A stretch of DNA of 64,000 nt from Pseudomonadota bacterium (lineage in GTDB: Bacteria; Pseudomonadota; Gammaproteobacteria; UBA5335), in assembly GCA_045864775.1 (NCBI GenBank), contig BTVR01000002.1:867055-931054 (forward strand), in the 5' to 3' direction. The notes under the pieces were generated by a model. The model searched no databases and was not told the DNA's origin. It saw only the letters and a program-made list of their open reading frames with translations. Positions 9,053-23,162 of this stretch are shown here, in pieces; position 1 is the stretch's first letter, and each line of letters opens with the position of its first letter. The position numbers and the translations under genes were made by a program.

Positions 9053-9343
9053 ATGACCAACAGATACAAGAAGGCCGTGATCGAGGACGTCGTCTCTCAC
9101 GATATCGACGAGGCCGAACAGTCCAAGCTCCTCGATCTGTTTGAGCACGCGATGAAGTCAGTCGCAACCACACTGGTCCGCGAGGCCCGATTCGACACGA
9201 GCGACTTCGCTACCGCGAAGCAGGCAAACTGCGACGGCTTTCAGCTGACGCTGCAGCGTCTGCACGTTGACGGTCGAGACGTCTGGCAAGGCCAGTTCAG
9301 CAGAGCCGAACAGCGGCTCACCGTGATCGCATCCCTCGAATAG
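9053..9343 (+). CDS. Hypothetical protein (96 aa)
   Basis: The ATG at 9053 is preceded by ggagaag. The composition looks coding. No family recognised. Confidence 0.45.
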   Translation: MTNRYKKAVIEDVVSHDIDEAEQSKLLDLFEHAMKSVATTLVREARFDTSDFATAKQANCDGFQLTLQRLHVDGRDVWQGQFSRAEQRLTVIASLE

Positions 9344-9351
9344 CCTGGCAC

Positions 9352-9672
9352 CTAATCGACTTCCTTCGGCACGTCCCAGTCCGCCAGCCGCGCTTCGCCG
9401 GTCTGGTAGAACTGCTTCACCAGCTTCACGTACTCGAGGAAGTCCTTGTTCTCGGTGGCCAGCCGGTTGGCGGTGTCCCAATCAATCTCGCCGCGCTCCC
9501 TGGCGGGGATCAGAACCTGGCTTTCGGACGGGTTCTCGACGTCGAGCTTGATCAGGCCGATGCCATGGGCCGCAAACAGGCGATCACTCAGAAGTTTCCT
9601 GGCTTCACACTTCCGCCGGACAACTTCATAGAGGCTGCCCCAGCCGAAATCCTCACGACGTTCGGTCGCCAA
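9352..9672 (-). CDS. Hypothetical protein, possibly the 3' fragment of a longer gene
   Basis: 106-aa ORF (..HGIGLIKLDVENPSESQVLIPARERGEIDWDTANRLATENKDFLEYVKLVKQFY..). It begins only 38 nt from the distal 17-nt repeat. No family assigned. Confidence 0.4.
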   Translation of the reverse strand: MATERREDFGWGSLYEVVRRKCEARKLLSDRLFAAHGIGLIKLDVENPSESQVLIPARERGEIDWDTANRLATENKDFLEYVKLVKQFYQTGEARLADWDVPKEVD

Positions 9673-9709
9673 CTACTCTTTGGGTAGCTGTTGCCAGCGG
9701 TGTGGCTTG

Positions 9710-9726
9710 CGGACGCGGGTTCGATT
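9710..9726. repeat. Distal copy of the 17-nt tmRNA T-arm core
   Basis: cggacgcgggttcgatt is identical to 3036..3052. The following sequence does not continue as a tmRNA 3' end. Confidence 0.7.
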
Positions 9727-9878
9727 GAGCAACACGGAATCGAACTGGCGGTGATCCTGGCGGCGGGCATCGCGGCAGTGATCGAGTCAAGCTGCTACGA
9801 TTCACCACGGAAAAGGGGCTAATCCGCACCGTTCCGCAGCGGTTTGCACCGGCTGTAAGGTGCTGAGTTATCTAGGTT

Positions 9879-10195
9879 TGGCGCGGGTTACAGGCCCACC
9901 ACCATAATGTGAAATCCCAACCCTTATCCGGTTGGGATTTTTTCTTGCCTGATCGAGCCGAACCCTGCGTGTCGATGGGGTTCCTGCGGAAGCCTGCGGA
10001 CTTCGCCAGCCGCCCGAATTGGCCGTTCCGGGCCACATTCCACTCTCTCCTTGCCATTCCTTTTCCTGGCTGGCCATCCCTCCCTCCGACCTCGCTCGCG
10101 GAACCGGGCCCGAAGTCCGCAAAGGCCATCGGTGACGCGCATACAGATCAGAGAGGTACGCGCGGCCGAGTCGAATGGTTGGATTGCTCACCCCG
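9879..10195. repeat. Degenerate tmRNA 3' end, terminator-like hairpin and downstream module, copy B
   Basis: gcgcgggttacaggcccaccacca (9881-9904) resembles gcgggttcgattcccgccgcctccacca. The hairpin aatcccaacc/ggttgggatt plus a T-run lies at 9913-9944. About 250 nt collinear with 3106-3340 follows. Confidence 0.7.
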
Positions 10196-10659
10196 TCCTT
10201 GGGGTTCGCCCCTTCGGGGCCGACAGGGTCGTCCAAATTCACTCCCGGCGACTTTGTGCGGCATTCGGTGGCCAAGGAGACGCGGCGGGTGCGTTTTGTC
10301 GGTGAACCAATCCCCATGGAGGAGAAAACCCCCGGCGGGAGGACGAGGATGCGCGCCAATTCCTATTGGCAATGGGCCGAATGTGATCCCGCCCGGCCGG
10401 GCCTGGTCACGCCCGACGGAGAGATCTTGAGCTTCGGTGAACTGGGCGCCCGGGACGCGCTGGGTATGCAACGGGGCGATCACCTCGCGCTGATCCGTCC
10501 CAATGCGCACCATACGCCCTGCCAACGCCGCTGGTCTGCATCAGGCATCCTGACAACCCGCCCAGGTTGTGCGGCCCGCGCCACAGGCTAGAATGGGCAC
10601 TTTCGCGCGGGCGCCGTGCCCGCCGTCTGGCACGCCACCGACAGGGGTTGTCCTTTCCC

Positions 10660-11811
10660 ATGGTGCTCATCCGCTCTCCTCGCTCGCTTCTGGTTTCCTT
10701 CCTTCTGCTGTTCTGGACCACCGCCGCGCTCGCCGCGCCCATCCCGGTGCCGGCGCCGCCCCAGATCAACGCCAGCAGCTATGTGCTGATGGATTTCGAC
10801 AGCGGACGGCTGCTGGCCTCGAGCAATCCCGACCAGCGCGTGGAGCCGGCCAGCATCACCAAGGTCATGACGGCCTATGTGGCCTTCCGGCAGCTGGCCG
10901 ACGGCGATCTCAAGCTCGACGAGCAGGTGACCATCAGCGAGAAGGCATGGCGCTCGGAAGGCTCCCGGACCTTCCTCAAGGTGGGCTCGCAGATCGACGT
11001 CGAGACGCTGATCAAGGGCATGATCGTGCAGTCGGGCAACGATGCCAGCATCGCCCTGGCCGAGCACATCGCCGGCGCGGAGGAGTCCTTCGCAGGCCTG
11101 ATGAACCAGTACGCCCAGCAGATCGGCATGCGCAATTCCCACTTCATGAACGCGACCGGCCTGCCGGACCCGAACCACTACACCACGGCGCACGACATCG
11201 CGCTGCTGGCGCAGGCGATGATCCGCGACTTCCCGGAGCAGTATCGCTGGTATTCGATCCGCTCCTTCCTGTTCAACGGCATCGAGCAATCCAATCGCAA
11301 CCGCCTGTTGTGGCGCGATGCCAGCGTAGATGGCTTGAAGACGGGTCATACCAGTTCGGCGGGCTTCTGTCTGGCCGCCTCGGCCAAGCGCGACCAGATG
11401 CGGCTGATCACGGTCGTCATGGGCACGCCCAGCGACAATGCCCGCATGAACGACAGCCAGGCCCTGCTCAACTACGGCTTTCGCTTCTACAGCACGCACC
11501 GGCTCTATGGCGCAGGGGAGACCGTGACCGAGGCGCCGCTGTGGATGGGCAAGGTCAACCGGATCGGGCTGGGCCTGAACAAGGATCTCTACATCACGGT
11601 GCCGCGCGGGCAGTATGAGGGCGTAAAGACGCAGGCCGAGGTGCGGGACCGGCTGGTGGCGCCACTCGCCGCCGACGGCCCGATCGGCAAGCTGGTGGTG
11701 CGCTTCAACGACGACCCCCTGCTCGAGGCACCGCTCTATCCGCAGCAGGCGGTCGAAAAAGGCAACCTCTTCAAGCGCCTGTGGCACTGGCTGCTGATGT
11801 GGTTCCAATGA
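10660..11811 (+). CDS. D-alanyl-D-alanine carboxypeptidase (PBP5/6 family)
   Basis: A signal peptide is followed by the active-site SITKVMT (SxxK), plus SGN and KTGHT motifs. Confidence 0.92.
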   Translation: MVLIRSPRSLLVSFLLLFWTTAALAAPIPVPAPPQINASSYVLMDFDSGRLLASSNPDQRVEPASITKVMTAYVAFRQLADGDLKLDEQVTISEKAWRSEGSRTFLKVGSQIDVETLIKGMIVQSGNDASIALAEHIAGAEESFAGLMNQYAQQIGMRNSHFMNATGLPDPNHYTTAHDIALLAQAMIRDFPEQYRWYSIRSFLFNGIEQSNRNRLLWRDASVDGLKTGHTSSAGFCLAASAKRDQMRLITVVMGTPSDNARMNDSQALLNYGFRFYSTHRLYGAGETVTEAPLWMGKVNRIGLGLNKDLYITVPRGQYEGVKTQAEVRDRLVAPLAADGPIGKLVVRFNDDPLLEAPLYPQQAVEKGNLFKRLWHWLLMWFQ

Positions 11812-12683
11812 GCGACGAACGCATCGTCTATCTCGATGGCGCCTTTCTGCCGTTGCAGCAGGCGCGCGTCTCGGTGCTGGATCGCGGATTTCTGTTCGGC
11901 GATGGCGTGTATGAGGTGATCCCGGTCTACGCCGGTCGGGCCTTCCTGCTGGATGAACATCTGGCCCGGCTCGAGCGCAGCCTTCAGGCTATCCGGCTCG
12001 AGAGCCCTCTGTCGCGCGGCGACTGGGCCGGAATGGTGGACACGCTCATCGGGCATCAGGGCCCCGGCGACTGGTCGGTGTATTTGCAGGTGACGCGCGG
12101 CTGCGACGATCATCGCGACCACGCGTTTCCGGCCGTCGTTCGGCCGACCGTGTTCGCGATGGCGAGCCCTCTGAAGCCGCCGCCGGCCACGTGGCTGAGC
12201 GAAGGCATCGCCACGCTCAGCCGCCCCGATCCGCGCTGGAGCCGCTGCGACATCAAGGCGATTGCGCTCTTGGCCAACGCCCTGTCGCGCCAGGAAGCGA
12301 AGGATGCCGGCGCGGTGGAGATCCTCTATCTGCGGGGCGGCGTGCTGACCGAAGGCGCGGCCAGCAACATCTTCGTCGTCCGGGACGGCGCGCTGCTGAC
12401 CTCGCGCGCGGACGAGCGCATCCTGCATGGCATCACGCGCCAACTGGTGCTGCAGCTGGCGCGCGCGGCCGAGCTGACGGTTCGCGAGACCGACATCCCC
12501 GAAGAAGCGCTGCGCAGCGCGGACGAGCTGTGGATGACCAGCTCCACCCGCGCCGTAATCCCGATCACGCGGCTGGACGGCGCGCCGGTCGGCGCGGGCC
12601 GCCCCGGTCCCATGCACGAACGCATGATGGCGCTGTGGGATGCGGCGCTCGACCGCTGGCGGCAGGGCGCCGCGCTGTTGTGA
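11808..12683 (+). CDS. dat: D-amino-acid (class IV) aminotransferase
   Basis: VSVLDRGFLFGDGVYEVIPVY..HLARLERSL is the fold-type IV aminotransferase signature. An ATGA overlap joins it to the upstream gene. Confidence 0.8.
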   Translation: MSDERIVYLDGAFLPLQQARVSVLDRGFLFGDGVYEVIPVYAGRAFLLDEHLARLERSLQAIRLESPLSRGDWAGMVDTLIGHQGPGDWSVYLQVTRGCDDHRDHAFPAVVRPTVFAMASPLKPPPATWLSEGIATLSRPDPRWSRCDIKAIALLANALSRQEAKDAGAVEILYLRGGVLTEGAASNIFVVRDGALLTSRADERILHGITRQLVLQLARAAELTVRETDIPEEALRSADELWMTSSTRAVIPITRLDGAPVGAGRPGPMHERMMALWDAALDRWRQGAALL

Positions 12684-12688
12684 GCGCG

Positions 12689-12952
12689 ATGACCGACGAG
12701 AGCCTGCTGAGCTTTCCCTGCGTCTATCCCATCAAGGCGGTCGGCCAGCTCGCGCACGAACCGGAGCGCGTGGTGCGCACGGTGATTGCCGTGCATGTCG
12801 ATGATGCCGACGTCCTGGCGGTGGATACGCGACCGAGCAGCGGCGGGCGCTACCTCGCCGTCACCGTCACCCTGCGCGCCAGCAGCCGCGCCCAACTCGA
12901 TGCCCTCTATCGGGACCTCAGCGCCGAGCCGCGACTGGCGTGGGTGATCTAA
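12689..12952 (+). CDS. ybeD: YbeD-family protein (DUF493)
   Basis: 87 aa containing [11 protein letters not shown]. Its position immediately upstream of lipB is conserved. Confidence 0.85.
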   Translation: MTDESLLSFPCVYPIKAVGQLAHEPERVVRTVIAVHVDDADVLAVDTRPSSGGRYLAVTVTLRASSRAQLDALYRDLSAEPRLAWVI

Positions 12953-13569
12953 CCGCTCCCGTGGTCCGGGATTGGGGCGTCGCGCCCTATGCCGAGGTCT
13001 GGACGGCGATGCGGGACTACACCGACCAGCGCAGCGACGACACGCCCGACGCGCTGTGGTTCGTCCAGCATCCGCCGGTCTATACGCTCGGCATGCACGC
13101 GCGGCCGGAGCACGTCCTCATGCCCGGCGCGATCCCGGTGGTGCAGACCGACCGCGGGGGACAGGTCACCTATCACGGACCGGGCCAGTGGGTGGTCTAT
13201 CCCCTGCTTGATCTGCGGCGGCTCGGGTTCGGGATCCGCAGCCTGGTCAGCGCGCTGGAGCAGGCGGTCATCGACCTGTTGCACGGCTACGGCGTCGAGG
13301 CGCACGCACGGCGCGAGGCGCCCGGGGTCTATGTCGGTACCGCCAAGATCGCCGCGCTGGGGCTGCGCATCCGGCGCGGCTGCAGCTATCACGGCCTCGC
13401 GCTCAACGTCGATATGGATCTTGCGCCGTTCGCCGGCATCAACCCCTGCGGATACGCGAATCTGGCCGTGACCCGGCTGCACGACCTGCGGCCCGACATC
13501 CCGCCGTCCGTGGTGCGCCATGATCTGGAACGCGCCCTGCGCCGTTCATTGCGCCTGACCCCCGCCTGA
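12940..13569 (+). CDS. lipB: Octanoyltransferase LipB
   Basis: [24 protein letters not shown] and [22 protein letters not shown] are LipB motifs. The GTG start at 12940 is uncertain; an alternative is 12961. Confidence 0.9.
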   Translation: MGDLTAPVVRDWGVAPYAEVWTAMRDYTDQRSDDTPDALWFVQHPPVYTLGMHARPEHVLMPGAIPVVQTDRGGQVTYHGPGQWVVYPLLDLRRLGFGIRSLVSALEQAVIDLLHGYGVEAHARREAPGVYVGTAKIAALGLRIRRGCSYHGLALNVDMDLAPFAGINPCGYANLAVTRLHDLRPDIPPSVVRHDLERALRRSLRLTPA

Positions 13570-13682
13570 GCATGTCGAGTCTGTCCCTGCGTTCGAGCAG
13601 GGGCTTGTCACATCCCACCGTCTAGAATCGGCATGCGGAATCGCCCGCGATCGTGCATGTTCCGAACCTCAGGAGGACCGCC

Positions 13683-14759
13683 ATGAGCATGATGAAAGCA
13701 GCCGTGTTCGTCGCACCGGGAAGAATCGAGCTCGGCGAAAAACCGATTCCCGCCGTCGGCTCAGACGATGCCTTGATCCGCATCACTACGACGACGATTT
13801 GCGGCACGGATGTCCACATCCTGAAGGGGGAATACCCCGTGGCACCGGGCCTCACCATCGGTCACGAACCGGTCGGCATCATCGAAAAGCTGGGCACGAA
13901 CGTTCGGGGCTACCGGGAAGGACAGCGCGTCATCGCCGGCGCGATCTGTCCCAGCTTTACCTCCTATGCCTGCCAGGATGGCTTTCCGGCCCAGGACGGC
14001 GGCTGCCTGTCCCACGGCTACAAACCCATGGGCGGCTGGCGCTTCGGCAACACCATCGACGGCGCCCAGGCCGAATTTCTTCTGGTTCCGGACGCGCAGG
14101 CCAATCTCGCACCGGTGCCGGACGGCCTGACCGATGAGCAGGTGCTCATGTGTCCCGACATCCTCTCCACCGGGTTTGCCGGTGCGGAGGCCGCCAACAT
14201 CCGCATCGGCGACATCGTCGCGGTATTCGCGCAGGGGCCCATCGGCCTGTGTGCGACCGCCGGCGCCCGGCTTCGGGGCGCGAGCACCATCATCGCCGTC
14301 GACGGCGTCGACGCGCGGCTGGGGATCGCGCGCCGGATGGGCGCCGACGTCACCCTCAATTTCCGCGAAGTCGACGTCGTGGAGGAAATTCTCCGGCTAA
14401 CCGGTGGCCGTGGCGTCGACGCCGCCATCGAGGCGCTGGGGCTGCAATCGACCTTCGAAAATGCCCTGCGGGTCCTCAAACCGGGTGGCACGCTGTCGAG
14501 CCTGGGCGTCTATTCCAGTGACCTGACCATTCCGCTGAGTGCCTTCAACGCGGGGCTTGGCGACAAGAAGATCGTTTCTTCCCTGTGCCCCGGAGGCAAG
14601 GAACGCATGCGGCGTCTGCTCAACGTCGTCGCATCGAGCCGCGTCGATCTCGGGCCGTTGGTGACCCACCGCTATGCGCTCGATGACATCGCGGCCGCCT
14701 ACGACCTGTTCGCTCATCAGCGCGACGGCGTGCTCAAGGTGGCCGTCAAGCCGGGTTAA
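13683..14759 (+). CDS. Zinc-dependent alcohol dehydrogenase (MDR family)
   Basis: The ATG follows aggagg. The zinc-ligand context ICGTDVH..GHEPVG and the Rossmann motif FAQGPIGL are present. Confidence 0.88.
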   Translation: MSMMKAAVFVAPGRIELGEKPIPAVGSDDALIRITTTTICGTDVHILKGEYPVAPGLTIGHEPVGIIEKLGTNVRGYREGQRVIAGAICPSFTSYACQDGFPAQDGGCLSHGYKPMGGWRFGNTIDGAQAEFLLVPDAQANLAPVPDGLTDEQVLMCPDILSTGFAGAEAANIRIGDIVAVFAQGPIGLCATAGARLRGASTIIAVDGVDARLGIARRMGADVTLNFREVDVVEEILRLTGGRGVDAAIEALGLQSTFENALRVLKPGGTLSSLGVYSSDLTIPLSAFNAGLGDKKIVSSLCPGGKERMRRLLNVVASSRVDLGPLVTHRYALDDIAAAYDLFAHQRDGVLKVAVKPG

Positions 14760-14893
14760 GCGATGGCATACGGCGCTGGCCTCGCCGGGCCGGACCATAA
14801 AGGCTCAGGTTTCCCCCGGGCTTGCCGATCACTTCAGGGCCGGCAAATCGAATCGCCGGCTGTGTGTGATGGATGCATCAAGGAGAGACCGAG

Positions 14894-15202
14894 ATGAAGA
14901 TCAAGACATTGGTGATCACTGCGGCCCTGGCGCTCGTCCCTCTGGCCAGCCAAGCGCAGATGGCGGATATGAGCGATGCCGCGATGTCGGAAGTGCATGG
15001 CCAGGCGCTGAGCATCGTGCGCGACAAAGGACGCAGCTTCAGCTTCGACACCGAGTCCAACACGATGTCGTTCAGCAAGGGCAGTCTGCTGGACATCGAC
15101 GCCGCGGCGACGGTGTTCGGCTACGGCTTCACCGTGACCGACCTCGGCTGGGACCGGAATCGGGGGTTCTCGCTCGGCTGGACCCAGCCCGTCATTCCCT
15201 GA
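14894..15202 (+). CDS. Small secreted hypothetical protein
   Basis: The ATG follows aaggagag. The signal peptide is MKIKTLVITAALALVPLASQAQ, then MSDAAMSEVHGQA. No function known. Confidence 0.55.
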   Translation: MKIKTLVITAALALVPLASQAQMADMSDAAMSEVHGQALSIVRDKGRSFSFDTESNTMSFSKGSLLDIDAAATVFGYGFTVTDLGWDRNRGFSLGWTQPVIP

Positions 15203-15236
15203 CCCTCCTCAGCGGGCGGTCTCCGCCTCGCAAAGA

Positions 15237-15266
15237 CAGAAAGCCCGCGTTCGCGGGCTTTCTCTT
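15237..15266. terminator. Bidirectional rho-independent terminator (ORF 14894 and atpC converge here)
   Basis: gcccgc gttc gcgggc forms the stem-loop, flanked by an A-run upstream and a T-run downstream. Confidence 0.8.
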
Positions 15267-15284
15267 GTCGATTGACCGGCGGGA

Positions 15285-15704
15285 TCAGCTGCGGATCTTG
15301 CGCAGCCGCTCCAGCATCTGCAGCTTGGCGATCGCCTCGGCCAGTTCCGCCTGCGCGCGGGCATAATCGATGTCGGACTGCCGCTGCGTCAGCACATCCT
15401 CCGCCCGGCGTTTGGCTTCCAGCGCCGCCGCCTCGTCCAGATCCTTGGCACGCAGCGCGGTATCCGCCAGCACGGTGACCTTGAACGGCTGGATCTCGAG
15501 GATGCCGCCGGACACGAAGAAATGGGCGTCGTTGCCTTGCTCGTCGCGGACACGGACTTCCCCTGCCCGCAACAGGGTCAACAGCGGCGCGTGGCGCGGC
15601 GCGATGCCGACGTCCCCTTCCATCGCGGGAGCGAACACCATGCTTGCGCTGCCCGAGAAGATCTCGCCCTCGGCGCTGACGATATCGACGTTGATCTGGC
15701 TCAT
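15285..15704 (-). CDS. atpC: ATP synthase F1 epsilon subunit
   Basis: Its position at the end of the atp operon and the sequence VDIVSAEGEIFSG..GILEIQP identify it. Confidence 0.93.
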   Translation of the reverse strand: MSQINVDIVSAEGEIFSGSASMVFAPAMEGDVGIAPRHAPLLTLLRAGEVRVRDEQGNDAHFFVSGGILEIQPFKVTVLADTALRAKDLDEAAALEAKRRAEDVLTQRQSDIDYARAQAELAEAIAKLQMLERLRKIRS

Positions 15705-15727
15705 CTCGCCTTACTCCCGGCAGCGGT

Positions 15728-18071
<2,344 letters not shown>

Positions 18072-18094
18072 GACTCACCTATTCCGTTCGCGCC

Positions 18095-19636
<1,542 letters not shown>

Positions 19637-19648
19637 GTTGCTTCCTCG

Positions 19649-20188
19649 TCAATGAACCAGTGCGCGGGAAAGACGTTCCAGCTGACTGCGGACCGACCCG
19701 TCGATCACCAGATCGCCGGCCCGGATGATCGCCCCGCCCACCAGACTTTCATCGATGCGCGTCTTGAGGTTGATCCTGCGCCCGAGTCGCCGGGCAAGCG
19801 ACTCGATGATGCGCCCTTGCTGATCGTCGTCCAGGGGGACGGCGCTCACCACGTCGACATCGACCGCCCCTTCCGCCTCGGTCCGCAGTGCGGCGTAAAC
19901 CGCGGCGATCTGGGGTGCGAGCAGCAAGCGGCGATTCTCGATCAGCAGCGAGACCAGATTGACGCCCTCCCGGCCCAGTTCGGGGCCGATGGCATCCACG
20001 ATCAACTGCCGGTTCTGCTCGGCGGTCTGCCGCGGGTTCTCCAAGACATCACGGATCGCCGGATACTCGACGAGCGCGGCCAGCAGGTCGAGCCTCTGCT
20101 GCCAGTCCGCCAGCGACCCGCCCGGCTGGAGGGCCAGGTCGAGTACGGCCTTGGCGTAGGGACGGATCAGGGTGCTTACATCCGACAT
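19649..20188 (-). CDS. atpH: ATP synthase F1 delta subunit
   Basis: Assigned by operon position and OSCP-like sequence (RPYAKAVLDLA). Confidence 0.92.
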   Translation of the reverse strand: MSDVSTLIRPYAKAVLDLALQPGGSLADWQQRLDLLAALVEYPAIRDVLENPRQTAEQNRQLIVDAIGPELGREGVNLVSLLIENRRLLLAPQIAAVYAALRTEAEGAVDVDVVSAVPLDDDQQGRIIESLARRLGRRINLKTRIDESLVGGAIIRAGDLVIDGSVRSQLERLSRALVH

Positions 20189-20199
20189 CGAACCCCCGA

Positions 20200-20670
20200 T
20201 CAGATCTGGCCGACGAGATCGTCGAGGAGATCGCGATGAGCGGCGGGATCGATTTCACGTCGGAGAATGCGCCCGGCGCCGGCGGTCGCCAAATCGGCCA
20301 CTTCCCTGCGCAGCGCCTCACGCGCCTGGGCGATCTCTTGGGCGATCAAGGCTTCGGCCGAGCGGATCTGCCGCTCGCCCTCGTCCCGGGCCGCCAGCTT
20401 GGCCTGTTCGACCATCTCGGTGCCGCGGCGATTCGCCTGGGCGAGAATCTCGGCCGCCTGCTGACGCGCCGCCTGCAGCGTCGCCTCGACTTCCTGGCGT
20501 GAACGCTCGAGCTGGGTGTTGCCCTGCTCCGCCGCCGCAAGACCTTCGGCGATCTTGCGCTGACGCTCCTGCATGGCCTGCGTCAGGGGCGGCCAGACGA
20601 ACTTCATCATGAACCAGACGAACAGCCCGAAGGTGATCATCTGGCCTAGCAAAGTGGCGTTGATGCCCAC
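20200..20670 (-). CDS. atpF: ATP synthase F0 subunit b
   Basis: An N-terminal TM segment is followed by a long charged helix. Operon position agrees. Confidence 0.92.
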   Translation of the reverse strand: MGINATLLGQMITFGLFVWFMMKFVWPPLTQAMQERQRKIAEGLAAAEQGNTQLERSRQEVEATLQAARQQAAEILAQANRRGTEMVEQAKLAARDEGERQIRSAEALIAQEIAQAREALRREVADLATAGAGRILRREIDPAAHRDLLDDLVGQI

Positions 20671-20725
20671 GATAACTTCTCCGCGATTCGTGTTCTAACC
20701 CAAAACAACCGGATGGCCGGGTGCC

Positions 20726-21811
<1,086 letters not shown>

Positions 21812-22180
21812 TCAATCAACCCCTTTAGGCCTGTCATCCGGCACGTCCCACAGGAGGGCGAACCAATAAACCCCGGTCGTGGCCACAAAGGCCGCAATGA
21901 CCACCAGAAACTGCCTCGGCAAGAACATGGCGGCGGCTGCAAACATGCCGATGCTGGCGCCCCATTTCACGGCCTCGGCACGCACCATCGCGGCCAGCCG
22001 GGCTTGAGGCGTGGCGTCGGGCGGCAATAGCGCCGTCCTGACCATGAAGGTCGCTGCTGCGAGCAGGTTTCCGCCACCCCCCAGACAGGCCGCCATCACG
22101 CCGGCCCAGCCGTACCAACAGGCCGCAATCGCTGCCATGGCCAGCGTTACGGCGGCTTGCCACCGAATCAGCCGGCCCAT
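21812..22180 (-). CDS. atpI: ATP synthase protein I
   Basis: A small hydrophobic protein encoded first in the atp operon. Confidence 0.8.
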   Translation of the reverse strand: MGRLIRWQAAVTLAMAAIAACWYGWAGVMAACLGGGGNLLAAATFMVRTALLPPDATPQARLAAMVRAEAVKWGASIGMFAAAAMFLPRQFLVVIAAFVATTGVYWFALLWDVPDDRPKGVD

Positions 22181-22295
22181 CGATGCAATTCAACGACCTT
22201 GGGGGAAACACACTGCGCAACTTCGGGAGGCACGCGGAAAATGGCCTCGCCGCCCCCTGGAAGCGCGGCAAGTATAATGACCGCACTTTGACGGG

Positions 22296-23162
22296 TCAAT
22301 GCTGGAATTCGTCCTCGGGCGTTTGCCCCAATGCGGCGAGCAGGCCGTCGAGCTGTTCGAGCGAATGGTAGTCGATGCGGATCGACCCCTTGCCGCCGCG
22401 GTCCTGAATGGTGACGCCGGTACCCAACTGCTCGGAGAGAGCCCGCTGCAGGCGGCCGAGGTTGGGATCCGGCGCCGCTCCGGCGGGCCGGGGGTGCTGC
22501 AAGCGCCGCACCAGCGCCTCGGTCTGGCGCACGGTCAGCTTGCGCTGCGCCACCTGCGCGGCCGCCTCGCACTGCGCGCCACCCTTCAATCCCAACAGGG
22601 CCCGGCCGTGACCCATTTCCAGGCGGCCGTCTTCCAGCAGCTTGCGCACGACCGGCTCCAGCTCGTTGAGGCGCAGGAGATTGGTCACCGCGGAGCGCGA
22701 ACGGCCGACCGTGCCGGCGATCTGTTCATGGGTGAGCGCGAACTCATCCTGCAAGCGCGCCAGCGCCAGAGCCTCCTCCATGGGATTGAGGTCTTCGCGC
22801 TGGATGTTTTCGATCAATGCGATCGCCATGGCCGCCTGATCGGGTACCTCGCGCACCAGGCAGGGCACTTCGCGCAGGCCGGCGAGCTGAGCCGCGCGCC
22901 AGCGCCGCTCACCGGCGATGATTTCGTAGCCCCCATCGACCGGCCGCACCACGATCGGCTGGAGGATGCCCTGCGCGCGGATGGATTCGGCCAGATCGGC
23001 CAGGGCCTCCGGTTCGATCTGCAAGCGGGGCTGGTATCTTCCGCGCTGCAGTTGTTCGATCGGGAGTCGCTCGAGCGTCTCTCCCGGGCCCGCCGGGCCC
23101 GCCAGCGCCACGCCGCCCAGCAGCGCGTCCAGGCCGCGCCCGAGCCCTCGCTTGCGGTTCAT
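22296..23162 (-). CDS. parB: Chromosome partitioning protein ParB
   Basis: The internal start at 23162 gives MNRKRGLGRGLDALLGG. GERRWRAA and an HTH are present. An ATGA overlap joins it to parA. Confidence 0.95.
   Translation of the reverse strand: MNRKRGLGRGLDALLGGVALAGPAGPGETLERLPIEQLQRGRYQPRLQIEPEALADLAESIRAQGILQPIVVRPVDGGYEIIAGERRWRAAQLAGLREVPCLVREVPDQAAMAIALIENIQREDLNPMEEALALARLQDEFALTHEQIAGTVGRSRSAVTNLLRLNELEPVVRKLLEDGRLEMGHGRALLGLKGGAQCEAAAQVAQRKLTVRQTEALVRRLQHPRPAGAAPDPNLGRLQRALSEQLGTGVTIQDRGGKGSIRIDYHSLEQLDGLLAALGQTPEDEFQH

Larger units (their letters stand above)
3069..9726. mobile_element. Degenerate prophage or genomic island integrated at the ssrA 3' end (no intact integrase)
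   Basis: The region is bounded by the tmRNA 3' end and a 17-nt direct repeat. It contains a phage holin/endolysin cassette, frameshifted tail genes, a truncated serine recombinase and orphan genes. The right boundary is approximate. Confidence 0.65.

Noticed and set aside
9720-9752. Perfect 7-bp hairpin ttcgatt-(11 nt)-aatcgaa directly after the distal 17-nt repeat.
   Set aside because: It could be chance. It has no T-run and no tRNA-like cloverleaf context, so it is not reported as a feature.
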